DNA of 64,000 nucleotides from contig NC_087446.1 of NCBI RefSeq assembly GCF_036321535.1, positions 3,038,001 to 3,102,000 on the forward strand, written 5' to 3'. This document shows, piece by piece, positions 12,760 to 22,905 of this stretch. The notes under the pieces are model-generated. The model made no database searches, was not told where the DNA came from, and was given only the letters and a program-made list of their open reading frames with translations. Source of the DNA: Camelus dromedarius. Taxonomy: Eukaryota. The first letter of the stretch is position 1, and every line of letters starts with the position of its first letter. The position numbers and the translations under genes are program-made.

Positions 12760-13385
12760 ATGCCTAACAGAGCCCCAAAACACAGGAAACAAAAATTGGC
12801 AGAATTAAAGAGTGAAACAGACAATCCAGTCAGAGTAGGAGACAGTAACATCGTCTCTCAACAATTGATAGAACAACTAGATAAAAATTCAGAGAAGGCT
12901 TAGATCCAAGCAACACTACCATCCACCTTGACCTAACTGATAATCTACAGAACACTCCACCCAACAACTGAAGAATACACATTCTTTTCAAGTGCACATG
13001 GAACATACATTAAGACAGACCACTCCAGCGGCTTTCAAACAAGTCTCAATTTGTTTAAAGGGATAAAAGTCATACAGAATGTATTCTCTGACCATAACAC
13101 AATTAAATTAGAAATTAATAGCCGTAAGATTTTCACAGAAACTCCAAATATCTGGAAATGAAACAACACGCTTTAATTCAGAGGTTGAACCAAAACAGGG
13201 GAAATTAAAAATATTTATAATTGAATGATAATAAAAGTACCATAAATGTGCGGAAGGCAGTTAAGGAGTGCTGGCGGGAAACTTGCCGCGGCAAATGCTT
13301 CTATTATAAAAGAAGATCTCAAATCGATGACACAGGATTTCACCCCGAGAAAGCAGGACGAGAAAAGCAAAGGAAGAAACCCAGT
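12760..13385 (+). mobile_element. Old L1M ORF2 (endonuclease region) fragment abutting the PKDREJ promoter
   Basis: ctacagaacactccacccaacaactgaagaatacacattcttttcaagtgcacatggaac...tattctctgaccataacacaattaaattagaaat. Confidence 0.9.
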
Positions 13386-13389
13386 GAGC

Positions 13390-14330
13390 TCAGGGCCGCT
13401 CAGGGGCCCGCAGTCCCTCTTGCTCCCGCGCCCCCGTCTTTGTAACCAGTTTTCCGGGGGCAGGGTCCTGTGAGGGGCCTTCTTTGCGGGTCGGGAGACG
13501 GACCCCCCAGCTAGCACCCCCGAGGCCCCGAGGCGAAGCCTGCCCAGGCGGGGCCGGACCGCGCCCACTTGTAGGCGCCCGTGACCCCGCCGCCCCGCGC
13601 CCCCCGTGGCCCGCGCCCCCGCGGCCGTTGGCGAGACCCCGCGGCCTCCGCAGCGCCTCCCGCGTCCCGCTTCCATGCGGCCCGGGCCCGCACTCCTCCT
13701 CCTGGGCCTGGGCCTGGGCCTGGGCCTGGGCTCCGATCTCGGCCGCCGCCCTCCGCCGCCGGCTCCTCGCAAGGCCCGCGCCGCCGCCACCGGGGCGCCC
13801 GGCTCGCCGTCCGGCGGCCTCCCCGGCCCGGGCCCCGCCTCGGCCCGCCTCGGCCCGCCCGAAGCCCCGGCCCCCGGCCCGGCGGCCGAGGCGCTCTCCG
13901 TCGGGGGCGCCCCGGGCCCCGGGGTGCGCAGTGGCGGCTGCGGCCACGGCCGCGCCCGGCTCAGCCTGCGGCCCCGCGCGGCCCGAGAGGGGGGCGGCGT
14001 GGTCCTGCGCGGCGGCCGCGGCCTCTGCCTGAGCGGCGGGCCGCCCGCGGGCCCCGCGCCCCGCTGCCTGCGCGCGCTCGTCCTGCTGCGCGCCCGCCGC
14101 GCCCGCCGCGCCGCCGCGCCCGCCCGCGTGGACCTGCACCTGTCGGCGCCCCGCGGCCGCCTCTCGCTGCGGTGGCTCGCCCGCCTGCCGCGCTCGCTCG
14201 GGCGGCTGGAGTGGACCTTCCGCCTCGGGCTGCTCGGGCCCGCCGCCGCCGCCGCCCGCGTGGCGCCCCGCTCGGTTCTGCCCCGCGGCCCCCTCGCCTC
14301 CGCGGACTTCATAGGCCAAACCCAGTGCCC
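13390..14330. promoter_or_regulatory. PKDREJ CpG island (promoter and first ~650 nt of CDS)
   Basis: Extremely GC- and CpG-rich; GC box ggcggggc near 13547-13554. Boundaries approximate. Confidence 0.9.
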
Positions 14331-17300
14331 TACGGATGGGCCTACGCCTGTCGTTCTAGAGGCGGTCCACCCGAACCATTCCCGAGCCGTGGAGTCTTCG
14401 GTGTCCTGTCAGGTAGAGGACCAGCCTCTGCCGGTCTGTGTTATCCACGTGGTGAAGATCAACAAGGACAGTTCTGTGCTGCAGCTGACCAGGGAGATGG
14501 AAGCCACCATCAGCGCCACCGTCCGCTACGACTGCTTGCTCTTCCAGGCCATTATTCAGAAGTGGCTTATCTTCCCCCTGCCTTCTGTATCCGCTGTGCC
14601 GGACTGGACCAAACCTTTGAAAACAAGTGAAGTCAAGTTACAGTACACTACAACAAGTGTGCACATCCCCAAGAAGTCTTTAATGTGGGGGGTGTATCTG
14701 TTTAATTTCTCAGTCTACCTCAAGTCTTGGGACCCAGAGGCACCCGTGGCAAAAGCCTCGGATGCCATCCATGTCGTCATTCTCAGGAGTCCCCTGGAGG
14801 CAGTTATCCTCGGGGATGCCAGTGTCACCATTAAGTTCAAAGATGGGCTGACTCTGGATGGAAGTCAGTCCTCTGATCCAGATGCAAACAGCCCCTTAGA
14901 GGGACTCCAGTTTTTTTGGTACTGTACCACAGAGCCAAAAAATTACCAAGGAGAGAAGATAATAGTGAGGAGTAAGGACGTCTGTCTCCCAGAGCAGGCT
15001 GATCTGAAGTGGACCTGGGCCTCTGGTCCCGTGCTGACACTTTTGCCAGAAACACTGAAAGGTGGACGTGTGTATTTTTTCAGAATGGTGATTGAGAAGA
15101 ATGACAGAAGAGCGTTTTCAGATAGGAGGGTGCACGTGCTCCCAGGACCAAAGCCTGTGGCGGTCATCTCATGTGTCGAAAATTGTGATCTAGATTTGGT
15201 GATATCAGACAGATTCTCTTTGTCTCTAAACTGCACAAACTGTAAAACAAGCCGTGATGTCTATAAATGGTCGATCCTGTCACTTCTAGGTAGTGAGATC
15301 CAGTTTGATTGGATGGGGCAAACTACAACAGGGAGGAATGGCGCTTACTTGTCTGTAAAAGCTTTTGCTTTTGAACATTTTGTTGAAGACAAGTTTTGGG
15401 TTTCTCTATATCTAAACACTTGGAGTGGAGCGACCTTGGTCTTAAGGCACCCCTTCATTATTAACCATGTCCCTGAAATTGGAGAATGCAAAATTAATCC
15501 AGCTAAAGGAATTGCACTGATTACTAAATTTGTTGTCCAGTGTAGTAATTTCAAGGATAGGAATGTCCCTCTTACATATAAAATATTAATTTCTGATGTA
15601 CATGGTTTTGGTGAAATTAGTTCTTTAAAAGAAAACACCTTGGGGACCATCCTGTATTTGGGGAAGGATTCTACATCACCCCCTTCCTTTCTCCCTGTTG
15701 GTGTGCTGGCCAATCATTATGCCTTGAAGATATATGTTCAGGTATATAATTCTCTAGGACCTTTTTCTCAGGTGACTTTGTACGCCACTGTGCAGGCTCC
15801 TACTGACATGAACTCGTCAGAGGCTGTGCTTAACCAGTTATTCAATTTCACTATGGGACCAGATTCATTGCTGTCTACTTTGCTTCAAAATCGGGATTTT
15901 TTACCTGCAGGTTATTTAATGTACGTAGTAGCTTCTGTGCTGAATAGCATGAAAACCGAATTACCTCTGCAAGCTGACAAAACCAGACTCCGCGAACACC
16001 TTTTCAATCAGTCCTTCGTTCTTCCAGTAAGCACTTTGGTGGAAATTAGCCAGCTAGTCGTGGCTGTTACTAAATTAACCCAGAAAGCCTCTGAATTCAC
16101 CCTAGTCTCTCAGAAACTGGCCACGGAGAGGATCTGGCAGGCAAATCAAGCCCTGCAGGAGTATCGGCAAAAAGATAAACATGTCTCTTCTGAGCAAATA
16201 GAAATTGTGTGCACTGGGATATTAACAAGTTTGTCTAATATCCTGAAACTGACTGCTCGCCACATCGTCGTGGAAGAGCCATTCCACGTGGTGGAGTCTC
16301 TAGCAGACACAGTCTTGGCTGGTAAAGTACCGGAGGACGAAACCACTGCCCTGAGGACCTCCAACTTCAACATGTACGTCAAGAAAACGGAAAAGTGGAA
16401 CGTCACCAAGTTCTTCAGCAACGAGAAGCACTGTCGAAACTGCTTTTACCCGACGCTGAATGAGGACAGCGTCCCCAGTTTGCCCACCAATGCTCCCATT
16501 TCTATGATGTTCTGTGAGTTCACAGATGACCCTTTCCCTTGGCTGAATTATCAGGACGACGTTTTGACGGAGGTGGTTGGGTTCAGGATGACGGGAACCG
16601 AGGCCAACGGCGAAGTGATTGAGATCACACCTGATGTCTTAGAGGTGTACCTGGTCAAAAAAAACCTGAGCTTCGCGGTTTTTAGTCTCACAGTGGGACC
16701 TAGCGGTGAGCCTGATAAAGCTGAGTCTCTGAGAAAGACGGTTGGGGGGTTTAGCTTTGAAGCGGACGGCAGAGCCACAAGCGAGGTGTTGGTTCACATC
16801 ATCACGGACGTGACCGTGCTGTTCACGGTGCTAGTGTACGCTGGCAGTCAGATCACACCTGATGCTTTGGTCACCACCTTCCTCGTGCCCCGTAACATCC
16901 CCCCGATTGCCAACCAGAGCGACCTGTTTGACCCAGCCTGTGCGGTGAACCAGGCCCGCGTGGTCTGCCTTTCCCGGTCCCTTCTGCGGTTCATAGCTCA
17001 GCGGAGTGGCTCCTCGGGGTACACTGTCACTGTGGTTCTGCAGGCACCTCGCTTTGTCATGATGCCCAGTGACAAGTTAGTGAGAATTTCTATTTTCAGT
17101 GTTCAGTGCTTGGACATGCGTGGGCTCCAGAGTGACTGGAGAGAAGACACCTGCATTCTTGGAGAGAGGACCACCTGGAACAGAATCCACTGTGTCTGCA
17201 AGAACACCCCACGGCCCAAGCAGCCACTGGCAGAAATTAAACTCCCCAACCCATACCTGCATACCCGCTATTTGACGGCCAGGATGATTGTGGTCCCCAA

Positions 17301-20300
17301 CCCCGTGGATCTGCGGTTGGAGGTCATCAAGACCGTTCCCCAAAACCCTGTGACCCTCTTCACTGTCCTCTTCATCATGCTCGTGTACATAATCCTGGCT
17401 TTCTGGGCCTTGCACAGAGATGAAATGGACCAGTTTCTCAGGGAGCACGTGATCGTTCTGCTTGATAATGACCCTTACGATAAAATCTGCTATCTGGTCA
17501 CCGTTTTCACAGGAAGCCGCTGTGGGTCTGGGACCCGGGCTGATGTCTTTATCCAACTTCGGGGAACAGAAGGCACCAGCGAGGTGCACTGTTTAAGCCA
17601 TCCACAGTTTACAGTCCTCTGCCGTGGAAGCATCAACACTTTCCTCCTGACGACACAGAATGACCTGGGAGACATCCATTCCATCCGCGTGTGGCACAAC
17701 AATGAAGGCAGAGCCCCGAGCTGGTATCTCAGTAGAATCAAAGTGGAGAGTCTGTTCAGCAGGAACATCTGGCTGTTCATGTGCCGGAAATGGCTTTCGA
17801 TAGACACCACTTTGGACAGAACGTTTCACGCAACCCACCCAGACAAGCCTCTCAGAAGAAAGGACTTTTTCCTCATAGATGCAAGTTACAGCCTGGGGAG
17901 AAGTCACCTGTGGTTCTCCATTTTTTCCAGCGTCGTGGCTAAGCCGTTCAGCAGGCTCCAGAGGCTGTCCTGCTGTTTAGCGATGTTGCTCTCCTCCCTG
18001 CTCTGCAATATTATGTTCTTCAATCTGAACAGACAAAAAGAACCCGAGCCCCAAAGCAGCAAGTACATCAGGTCCATGATAATAGGGCTGGAAAGTGTCC
18101 TAATTACGATCCCCGTGCAGGTAACCATCATATCTTTGTTTGTCTATTCCCAGAGGGAACCTCAGGTGCCTCTAAGTGAGGTGTCTCCCCAGAAGCCTCC
18201 TGTGTCATCAGCCGCAGGTGGGCACTGGGAAGAGCGTCTGGAAAAGTGGCATGCTCGCGAAGCCGCCAAGGCACGGTCCGGGAAGCCTAAAAAGCCTCCC
18301 CCTAAAAGAAAGCCTGGACGTCGTAAGGCTCCTGCCCGGGCCACCTCTAAAACACGGCAGCAGGTGAAGGTTAAGAGAGCAGAAAGCAAGGTCTCAGACA
18401 CCTCCAGAAAAAATGAAAATGCCAACAACCCAAACACTGAAGATAACCAGAGTGCTCATCCTGAAAAGGCTCCTCCCCCACCGGATCCTCCAGCCCTCGA
18501 AGAGAAGCCCCGGGTGGCTCTGCCTTGGTGGTGCATTTACGTCGCGTGGTTCTTGGTGTTTGCCACTTGTAGTGTGTCCTCCTTCTTTATTGTATTTTAC
18601 GGACTGACATACGGCTACGAGAAGTCAATAGAATGGCTCTTTGCATCGTTTTGTTCATTCACTCAGTCAGTTTTTCTGGTGCAACCACTGAAAATTATTC
18701 TCCTGTCAGGCATGAGGACAAATAAGGCCAAGTACTGTAAAAACCTTCCCTGGATCAGTAACCATCGCTACACCCAGATCAGGCTGCAGAGCATCACGAC
18801 GGACCCGGAGGAGATGCGCAGGCAGCATGAGCACGTCAGCCAAATCCGGGGCTCCCGGATGTACCAGCCCCTCACAGAGGACGAAATCAGGATCTTCCAA
18901 AGGAAGAAGAGGATCAAGAGAAGGGCGTTCCTCTTCCTGAGTTACATTCTAGCTCACTTCATCTTTCTGGCCCTTCTGCTGGGCCTTGTCGCCCTCCTGC
19001 GCCACACTGACTGCTTTTACTATAATCGGTTTATTCACGATCAGTTCTCCATGGACCTGGCGACGGTGACCAAGCTGGAAGGCATCTTCCCATGGCTGAA
19101 CAGCGTGCTGTTGCCTCTGCTCCACAACAACCTGGATCCAACGTTTCTGCCTGACAGCTCCTCTAAAATCCTCGGCCTGCCGCTGATGAGGCAGGTGAGG
19201 GCGGTGCCTGGAGAGAAAGCCTGCCTGCCTGCCAAACACTTCGCGCAGAGCAGCCTCCAAGGAGAGATTCGCTGTCACCCCGAATACGGCACCGACCCAG
19301 AAGACACAAAAAGCTACTCTGGCTCTTGGAATAGAGTTAGTAAGCGGGCTGTGGACAAGAATGCCAAAGGGTTTACTTACAAGCCTCCAGAAAAGAGATG
19401 GGCGTACTCTTCCTACGGGCTGCTGCAAACTTACGGGTCAGGAGGGTATGTGTTCTATTTTTTTCCCGAAGAGCAGCAGTTTAATTCCACACTGAGGCTC
19501 AAGGAACTCCAGAATAGCAAGTGGCTGGATGAGAAGACGTGGGCTGTGATTTTGGAGCTGACAACTTACAACCCAGACGCCAGCCTGTTCTGCTGCGTCT
19601 CTGTCATCTTCGAGGTCTCTCAGTTAGGAGTTGTGAACACAAGCCTGTCCGCGTACTCCTTCTCCCTTGCTGACTTCAACCCGAAGACTTCGGCGGAAAT
19701 CTACTTGTACGCGGCCATCCTCATCTTTTTTGCTGCCTACATCGTTGACGAGGGGTACGTCATTATGCAGGAAGGGGCCTCCTACGTGACAAGTGTGTAC
19801 AATTTGCTCAACTTTGCTTTAAAATGCATCTTCACCGTGTTGATTGTGCTCTTTTTCAGGAAACACTTCCTGGCCACCAGCATAATTCAGTTTTACTTGG
19901 CAAACTCGAAGGATTTCATTCCCTTTCATGCAGTTTCTCAAGTGGATCACATCATGAGGGTGATGTTGGGTTTCCTGTTATTTCTGACAATTATGAAGAC
20001 CCTCAGGTATTCCCGGGTCTTTTATGATGTGCGTCTGGCTCAGAGGGCCATCCAGGCTGCCCTTCCCGGCATCTGCCACATGGCGTTGGTGGTGTCCGCC
20101 TATTTCTTCGTGTACATGGCGCTTGGCTACCTGGTATTCGGTCAGCATGAATGGAACTACAGTAACATGATTCGCGCAGCGCAAACGATATTCTCCTACT
20201 GCGTTTCAGCTTTTCAGAACACAGAGTTTTCCAGTAACAGGGTTCTTGGCGTCCTGTTCCTCTCATCTTTCATGCTGGTGATGATCTGCATATTGATCAA

Positions 20301-20568
20301 CTTATTTCAGGCAGTGATTCTGTCTGCCTATGAGGAAATGAAGCAGCCGGTGTACGAGGAACCATCAGAAGAGGCAGAAGCAATGACCTACCTGTGTCGC
20401 AAGCTAAGAAGCATGTTCGGCTTTCTGTCCCTTCGATCCAAGGAGGAAGACGAACCCGAGTTCTTCATCAACATGGTGTACGGGCAGCCAGAGAAGAGCA
20501 GCCGCCGCTATCTGGGGCTGAAGACCAGAAACATCAACGGCAAGAAAATGGTCTATCTGGTCGTGTGA
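13675..20568 (+). CDS. PKDREJ: Polycystin family receptor for egg jelly, single exon, 2297 aa
   Basis: Uninterrupted ORF; ATG 13675 gives MRPGPALLLL signal peptide, then REJ region, GPS-like segment, PLAT/LH2 (YLVTVFTGSRCGSGT), polycystin channel helices and the C-terminus ...RNINGKKMVYLVV; synteny between TTC38 and CDPF1. Confidence 0.98.
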   Translation: MRPGPALLLLGLGLGLGLGSDLGRRPPPPAPRKARAAATGAPGSPSGGLPGPGPASARLGPPEAPAPGPAAEALSVGGAPGPGVRSGGCGHGRARLSLRPRAAREGGGVVLRGGRGLCLSGGPPAGPAPRCLRALVLLRARRARRAAAPARVDLHLSAPRGRLSLRWLARLPRSLGRLEWTFRLGLLGPAAAAARVAPRSVLPRGPLASADFIGQTQCPTDGPTPVVLEAVHPNHSRAVESSVSCQVEDQPLPVCVIHVVKINKDSSVLQLTREMEATISATVRYDCLLFQAIIQKWLIFPLPSVSAVPDWTKPLKTSEVKLQYTTTSVHIPKKSLMWGVYLFNFSVYLKSWDPEAPVAKASDAIHVVILRSPLEAVILGDASVTIKFKDGLTLDGSQSSDPDANSPLEGLQFFWYCTTEPKNYQGEKIIVRSKDVCLPEQADLKWTWASGPVLTLLPETLKGGRVYFFRMVIEKNDRRAFSDRRVHVLPGPKPVAVISCVENCDLDLVISDRFSLSLNCTNCKTSRDVYKWSILSLLGSEIQFDWMGQTTTGRNGAYLSVKAFAFEHFVEDKFWVSLYLNTWSGATLVLRHPFIINHVPEIGECKINPAKGIALITKFVVQCSNFKDRNVPLTYKILISDVHGFGEISSLKENTLGTILYLGKDSTSPPSFLPVGVLANHYALKIYVQVYNSLGPFSQVTLYATVQAPTDMNSSEAVLNQLFNFTMGPDSLLSTLLQNRDFLPAGYLMYVVASVLNSMKTELPLQADKTRLREHLFNQSFVLPVSTLVEISQLVVAVTKLTQKASEFTLVSQKLATERIWQANQALQEYRQKDKHVSSEQIEIVCTGILTSLSNILKLTARHIVVEEPFHVVESLADTVLAGKVPEDETTALRTSNFNMYVKKTEKWNVTKFFSNEKHCRNCFYPTLNEDSVPSLPTNAPISMMFCEFTDDPFPWLNYQDDVLTEVVGFRMTGTEANGEVIEITPDVLEVYLVKKNLSFAVFSLTVGPSGEPDKAESLRKTVGGFSFEADGRATSEVLVHIITDVTVLFTVLVYAGSQITPDALVTTFLVPRNIPPIANQSDLFDPACAVNQARVVCLSRSLLRFIAQRSGSSGYTVTVVLQAPRFVMMPSDKLVRISIFSVQCLDMRGLQSDWREDTCILGERTTWNRIHCVCKNTPRPKQPLAEIKLPNPYLHTRYLTARMIVVPNPVDLRLEVIKTVPQNPVTLFTVLFIMLVYIILAFWALHRDEMDQFLREHVIVLLDNDPYDKICYLVTVFTGSRCGSGTRADVFIQLRGTEGTSEVHCLSHPQFTVLCRGSINTFLLTTQNDLGDIHSIRVWHNNEGRAPSWYLSRIKVESLFSRNIWLFMCRKWLSIDTTLDRTFHATHPDKPLRRKDFFLIDASYSLGRSHLWFSIFSSVVAKPFSRLQRLSCCLAMLLSSLLCNIMFFNLNRQKEPEPQSSKYIRSMIIGLESVLITIPVQVTIISLFVYSQREPQVPLSEVSPQKPPVSSAAGGHWEERLEKWHAREAAKARSGKPKKPPPKRKPGRRKAPARATSKTRQQVKVKRAESKVSDTSRKNENANNPNTEDNQSAHPEKAPPPPDPPALEEKPRVALPWWCIYVAWFLVFATCSVSSFFIVFYGLTYGYEKSIEWLFASFCSFTQSVFLVQPLKIILLSGMRTNKAKYCKNLPWISNHRYTQIRLQSITTDPEEMRRQHEHVSQIRGSRMYQPLTEDEIRIFQRKKRIKRRAFLFLSYILAHFIFLALLLGLVALLRHTDCFYYNRFIHDQFSMDLATVTKLEGIFPWLNSVLLPLLHNNLDPTFLPDSSSKILGLPLMRQVRAVPGEKACLPAKHFAQSSLQGEIRCHPEYGTDPEDTKSYSGSWNRVSKRAVDKNAKGFTYKPPEKRWAYSSYGLLQTYGSGGYVFYFFPEEQQFNSTLRLKELQNSKWLDEKTWAVILELTTYNPDASLFCCVSVIFEVSQLGVVNTSLSAYSFSLADFNPKTSAEIYLYAAILIFFAAYIVDEGYVIMQEGASYVTSVYNLLNFALKCIFTVLIVLFFRKHFLATSIIQFYLANSKDFIPFHAVSQVDHIMRVMLGFLLFLTIMKTLRYSRVFYDVRLAQRAIQAALPGICHMALVVSAYFFVYMALGYLVFGQHEWNYSNMIRAAQTIFSYCVSAFQNTEFSSNRVLGVLFLSSFMLVMICILINLFQAVILSAYEEMKQPVYEEPSEEAEAMTYLCRKLRSMFGFLSLRSKEEDEPEFFINMVYGQPEKSSRRYLGLKTRNINGKKMVYLVV

Positions 20569-21348
20569 TCTGTGACTGTCTCAAGGCCTGCAGACATGTT
20601 TCTCCCAGGGGCTCTCCTTAGGGGATTAAGGAATGTTCAGTGGCTCAGCCGTGCTCTCTGCCCATATCCTTCACAATGCACATTTGAAAGGACCCCTCTC
20701 TTGGCCTCCATTTTGGGGAATGTGAAAGGAGGGTGTCGGACTGCAGTGCAGCCTGTAGGGAGAGAGGGTGACAGCCTGTGAGTCCCGGGTTGATTTTCCT
20801 CTAGCTGGGAAGTAGGTGTCTTTGGAACCCACTGCAGTTTAGAGGGTTAGAGACCCTGATTTGGGGGAGGGAGCTAAGTTCCCCCCTCTTCACCCCTCCT
20901 CCCCTGAAGCAGCAGGAGAATGCTTCTGCTGCTCTGTGCCCCTCTCCTGGGACTGGAAGAGCAGAGCACCCCACCCCCCACGGCCAGTCCCTCAGCCCTG
21001 CTGGTGGTTCCCTTTGCAGACCAGTGCTGCAGGGCCTCCCTCACCCTCCTTACCCCCACCGCCCATGCTCCAGCTGGGCCAGGGCTGGAGTGGCCTTGCG
21101 AGGAGTTGCAGGGTTTGCCCTCTTGCTTGGGAATGCAAGGGTGTGTGCCAGCGTCAGAAACCTGGAGCTTCACATGGACTCCTTAAGGCCACTGGAAGTT
21201 AAAGATGTAAAATTTAGTAACATTTTCTGGCCATGAGTTAAACAAGGTGTGTGGGGAGGTTCACACTGACAGACGGCAGACGTTCTATATGATGAATATA
21301 GCAATATATACATCCAGGATTTGGGCTTTCAGTGGATTGTTTAGGAAT

Positions 21349-21354
21349 AATAAA
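21349..21354 (+). terminator. Probable PKDREJ polyadenylation signal
   Basis: AATAAA ~780 nt after the stop, followed by GU/U-rich gtggtttattg. Confidence 0.7.
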
Positions 21355-21644
21355 GAAAACGTGGTTTATTGCTTAAGAAAAATGGGCTAGCATCTGTTAT
21401 ATTTTCACTCAGAAGCATGTTCATTTATGTAGATGCCACTTTAAGCTTGATCAGAATTAAATGTGAGATTTCTTCTATGAGACGTGCAGTGATTTCTGTA
21501 AGAAGGTCATTTGCACAGATGGTCCTGCCCTCAACGTGGAGGTACAGCACAGGTGGGCAGCAGCTGTGTCCCAGGCATGTGTGGCTTGCTTGGCATCCCT
21601 GTAATCCTGAGCTGCACTGGAATGGCCACTGCATGCCGCACCTT

Positions 21645-21706
21645 GGCAGGCACGCACACACATGCACGTGCAAATACACACACCCACACACGCACGTGTG
21701 CACGCG
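21645..21706. repeat. Degenerate CA/GC purine-pyrimidine alternating tract
   Basis: gcacgcacacacatgcacgtgca...cacacacgcacgtgtgcacgcg. Confidence 0.8.
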
Positions 21707-22474
21707 TTCCATTGTTTCCTCCCAAGGGGGGTTCTCAGAATTGGGCGCGGGGAGTGGTCTTCTCCACCAGGTGAGAAAATGGGGAGGTTCTGTGACTCCC
21801 CCAGGGCCACTCACAGGGTCAGAAGGTCCTATCTGGATTTTCTGACTCCTTTGGCGGGAAGTTGCCTGGTTCTGGCCCAGTGATTCTGACTGACGTGCAC
21901 GTTCACAGTTAGCACCTCTCCTTACCGCCTGACTTCTGAACAGGTTGAGAAAAATAGTAAACATGGGGACCACATGACGACTTTTCACTGACAGAAGCCA
22001 GCTGGGGTTCTGCCCCAGTTGCAGGCGGTGTGGGGCCGGCCTCTCCTGAAAGGCTGCAAAGACCGGGGCAGGCAAGGCAGACTTGCCTACTCTGTGAGTG
22101 GGGGCGCCCAGATGTTCTCCCCAAATGTAGGAGTGGGCTAAGGTCTCTGCTCTCTCCCTGTGGGAGGCTCAGGGTTACTCTAGTTGGCCTCCCTTCCCTG
22201 AAGGAAAGCCCCCCAGGTCAGCTTAGCATCTCATGACTCAGAGCTGTGAGTTCAGGGTCATAAACGGCCCAAGTGAGCAGTCCAGGGACGAGTGTGGAGG
22301 GCATCTGAATGAGGACCGGGACGGACGAGACGCTGAGCTTCTGGTTACCGTGAGAAGTCTACACTCTTCCCCTGCATATTGGGTAGGAAGAGTGCCAGGG
22401 CCTTCTAACGTGATGGAGCAATGAAGCATTTATAGAGTTTAGAAATACAGAGATGCCAATGATAACTTTATCAG

Positions 22475-22905
22475 TGACAAAACCGATAAAGGGAAACCTC
22501 ACTCAAATGAAGTCGGGAGGCCAGAAGGGGTTGCCCTCATGCACATACCACTCAGGTCAGCACCCGTCCCAGCAGGAAGAGATGGACTTCGCATCTCAGG
22601 CAGGAGTAATACTACCACCACGAGCAGGAGGAAGGAAGATTTTTCTCCTTGCCTGGCAGCAGCGCAGCCTGGGAGAGATGTCACAGGTCAGCCGTTGAAA
22701 AGCCACTGTATTTTGTGCTTGCATTTTCCTCCAGTGGACTTTGTATTTATAACAGCTCCTCCCAACTTCCCCTTCTCCTCTATAAAAGTTTCCTCTCCTT
22801 TGCTTTGTCGGACGCAGACGTCCCAAATTGCAATTCTTTGCTGCTCCCAGATAAACCCATTTTGCTGGTAGGAATAACTGGCAGTTTTACTGTTTAAGGT
22901 TAACA
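22475..22905 (+). mobile_element. ERV1-type solo LTR (MER34-like 3' end)
   Basis: TG...CA ends with perfect 4-bp TSD TCAG (22471-22474 / 22906-22909); tataaaa at 22781; end ataaacccattttgctgg...ggcagttttactgtttaaggttaaca. Confidence 0.85.

Noticed and set aside
13606-13674. ORF-track start 23 codons upstream of the PKDREJ ATG
   Set aside because: It is a GTG; ATG 13675 gives the conserved MRPGPALLLL signal peptide.
13215-14630. Long overlapping ORFs of 365, 309 and 349 aa at the PKDREJ 5' end
   Set aside because: Low-complexity Arg/Pro/Gly/Ala products expected from stop-codon scarcity in very GC-rich DNA; most start at non-ATG codons.
21425-22075. 216-aa unspliced minus-strand ORF
   Set aside because: TTG/alternative start, runs through a CA/GT repeat (VCGCVYLHVHVC), no homology recognised; only its ends are retained in the spliced hypothesis.
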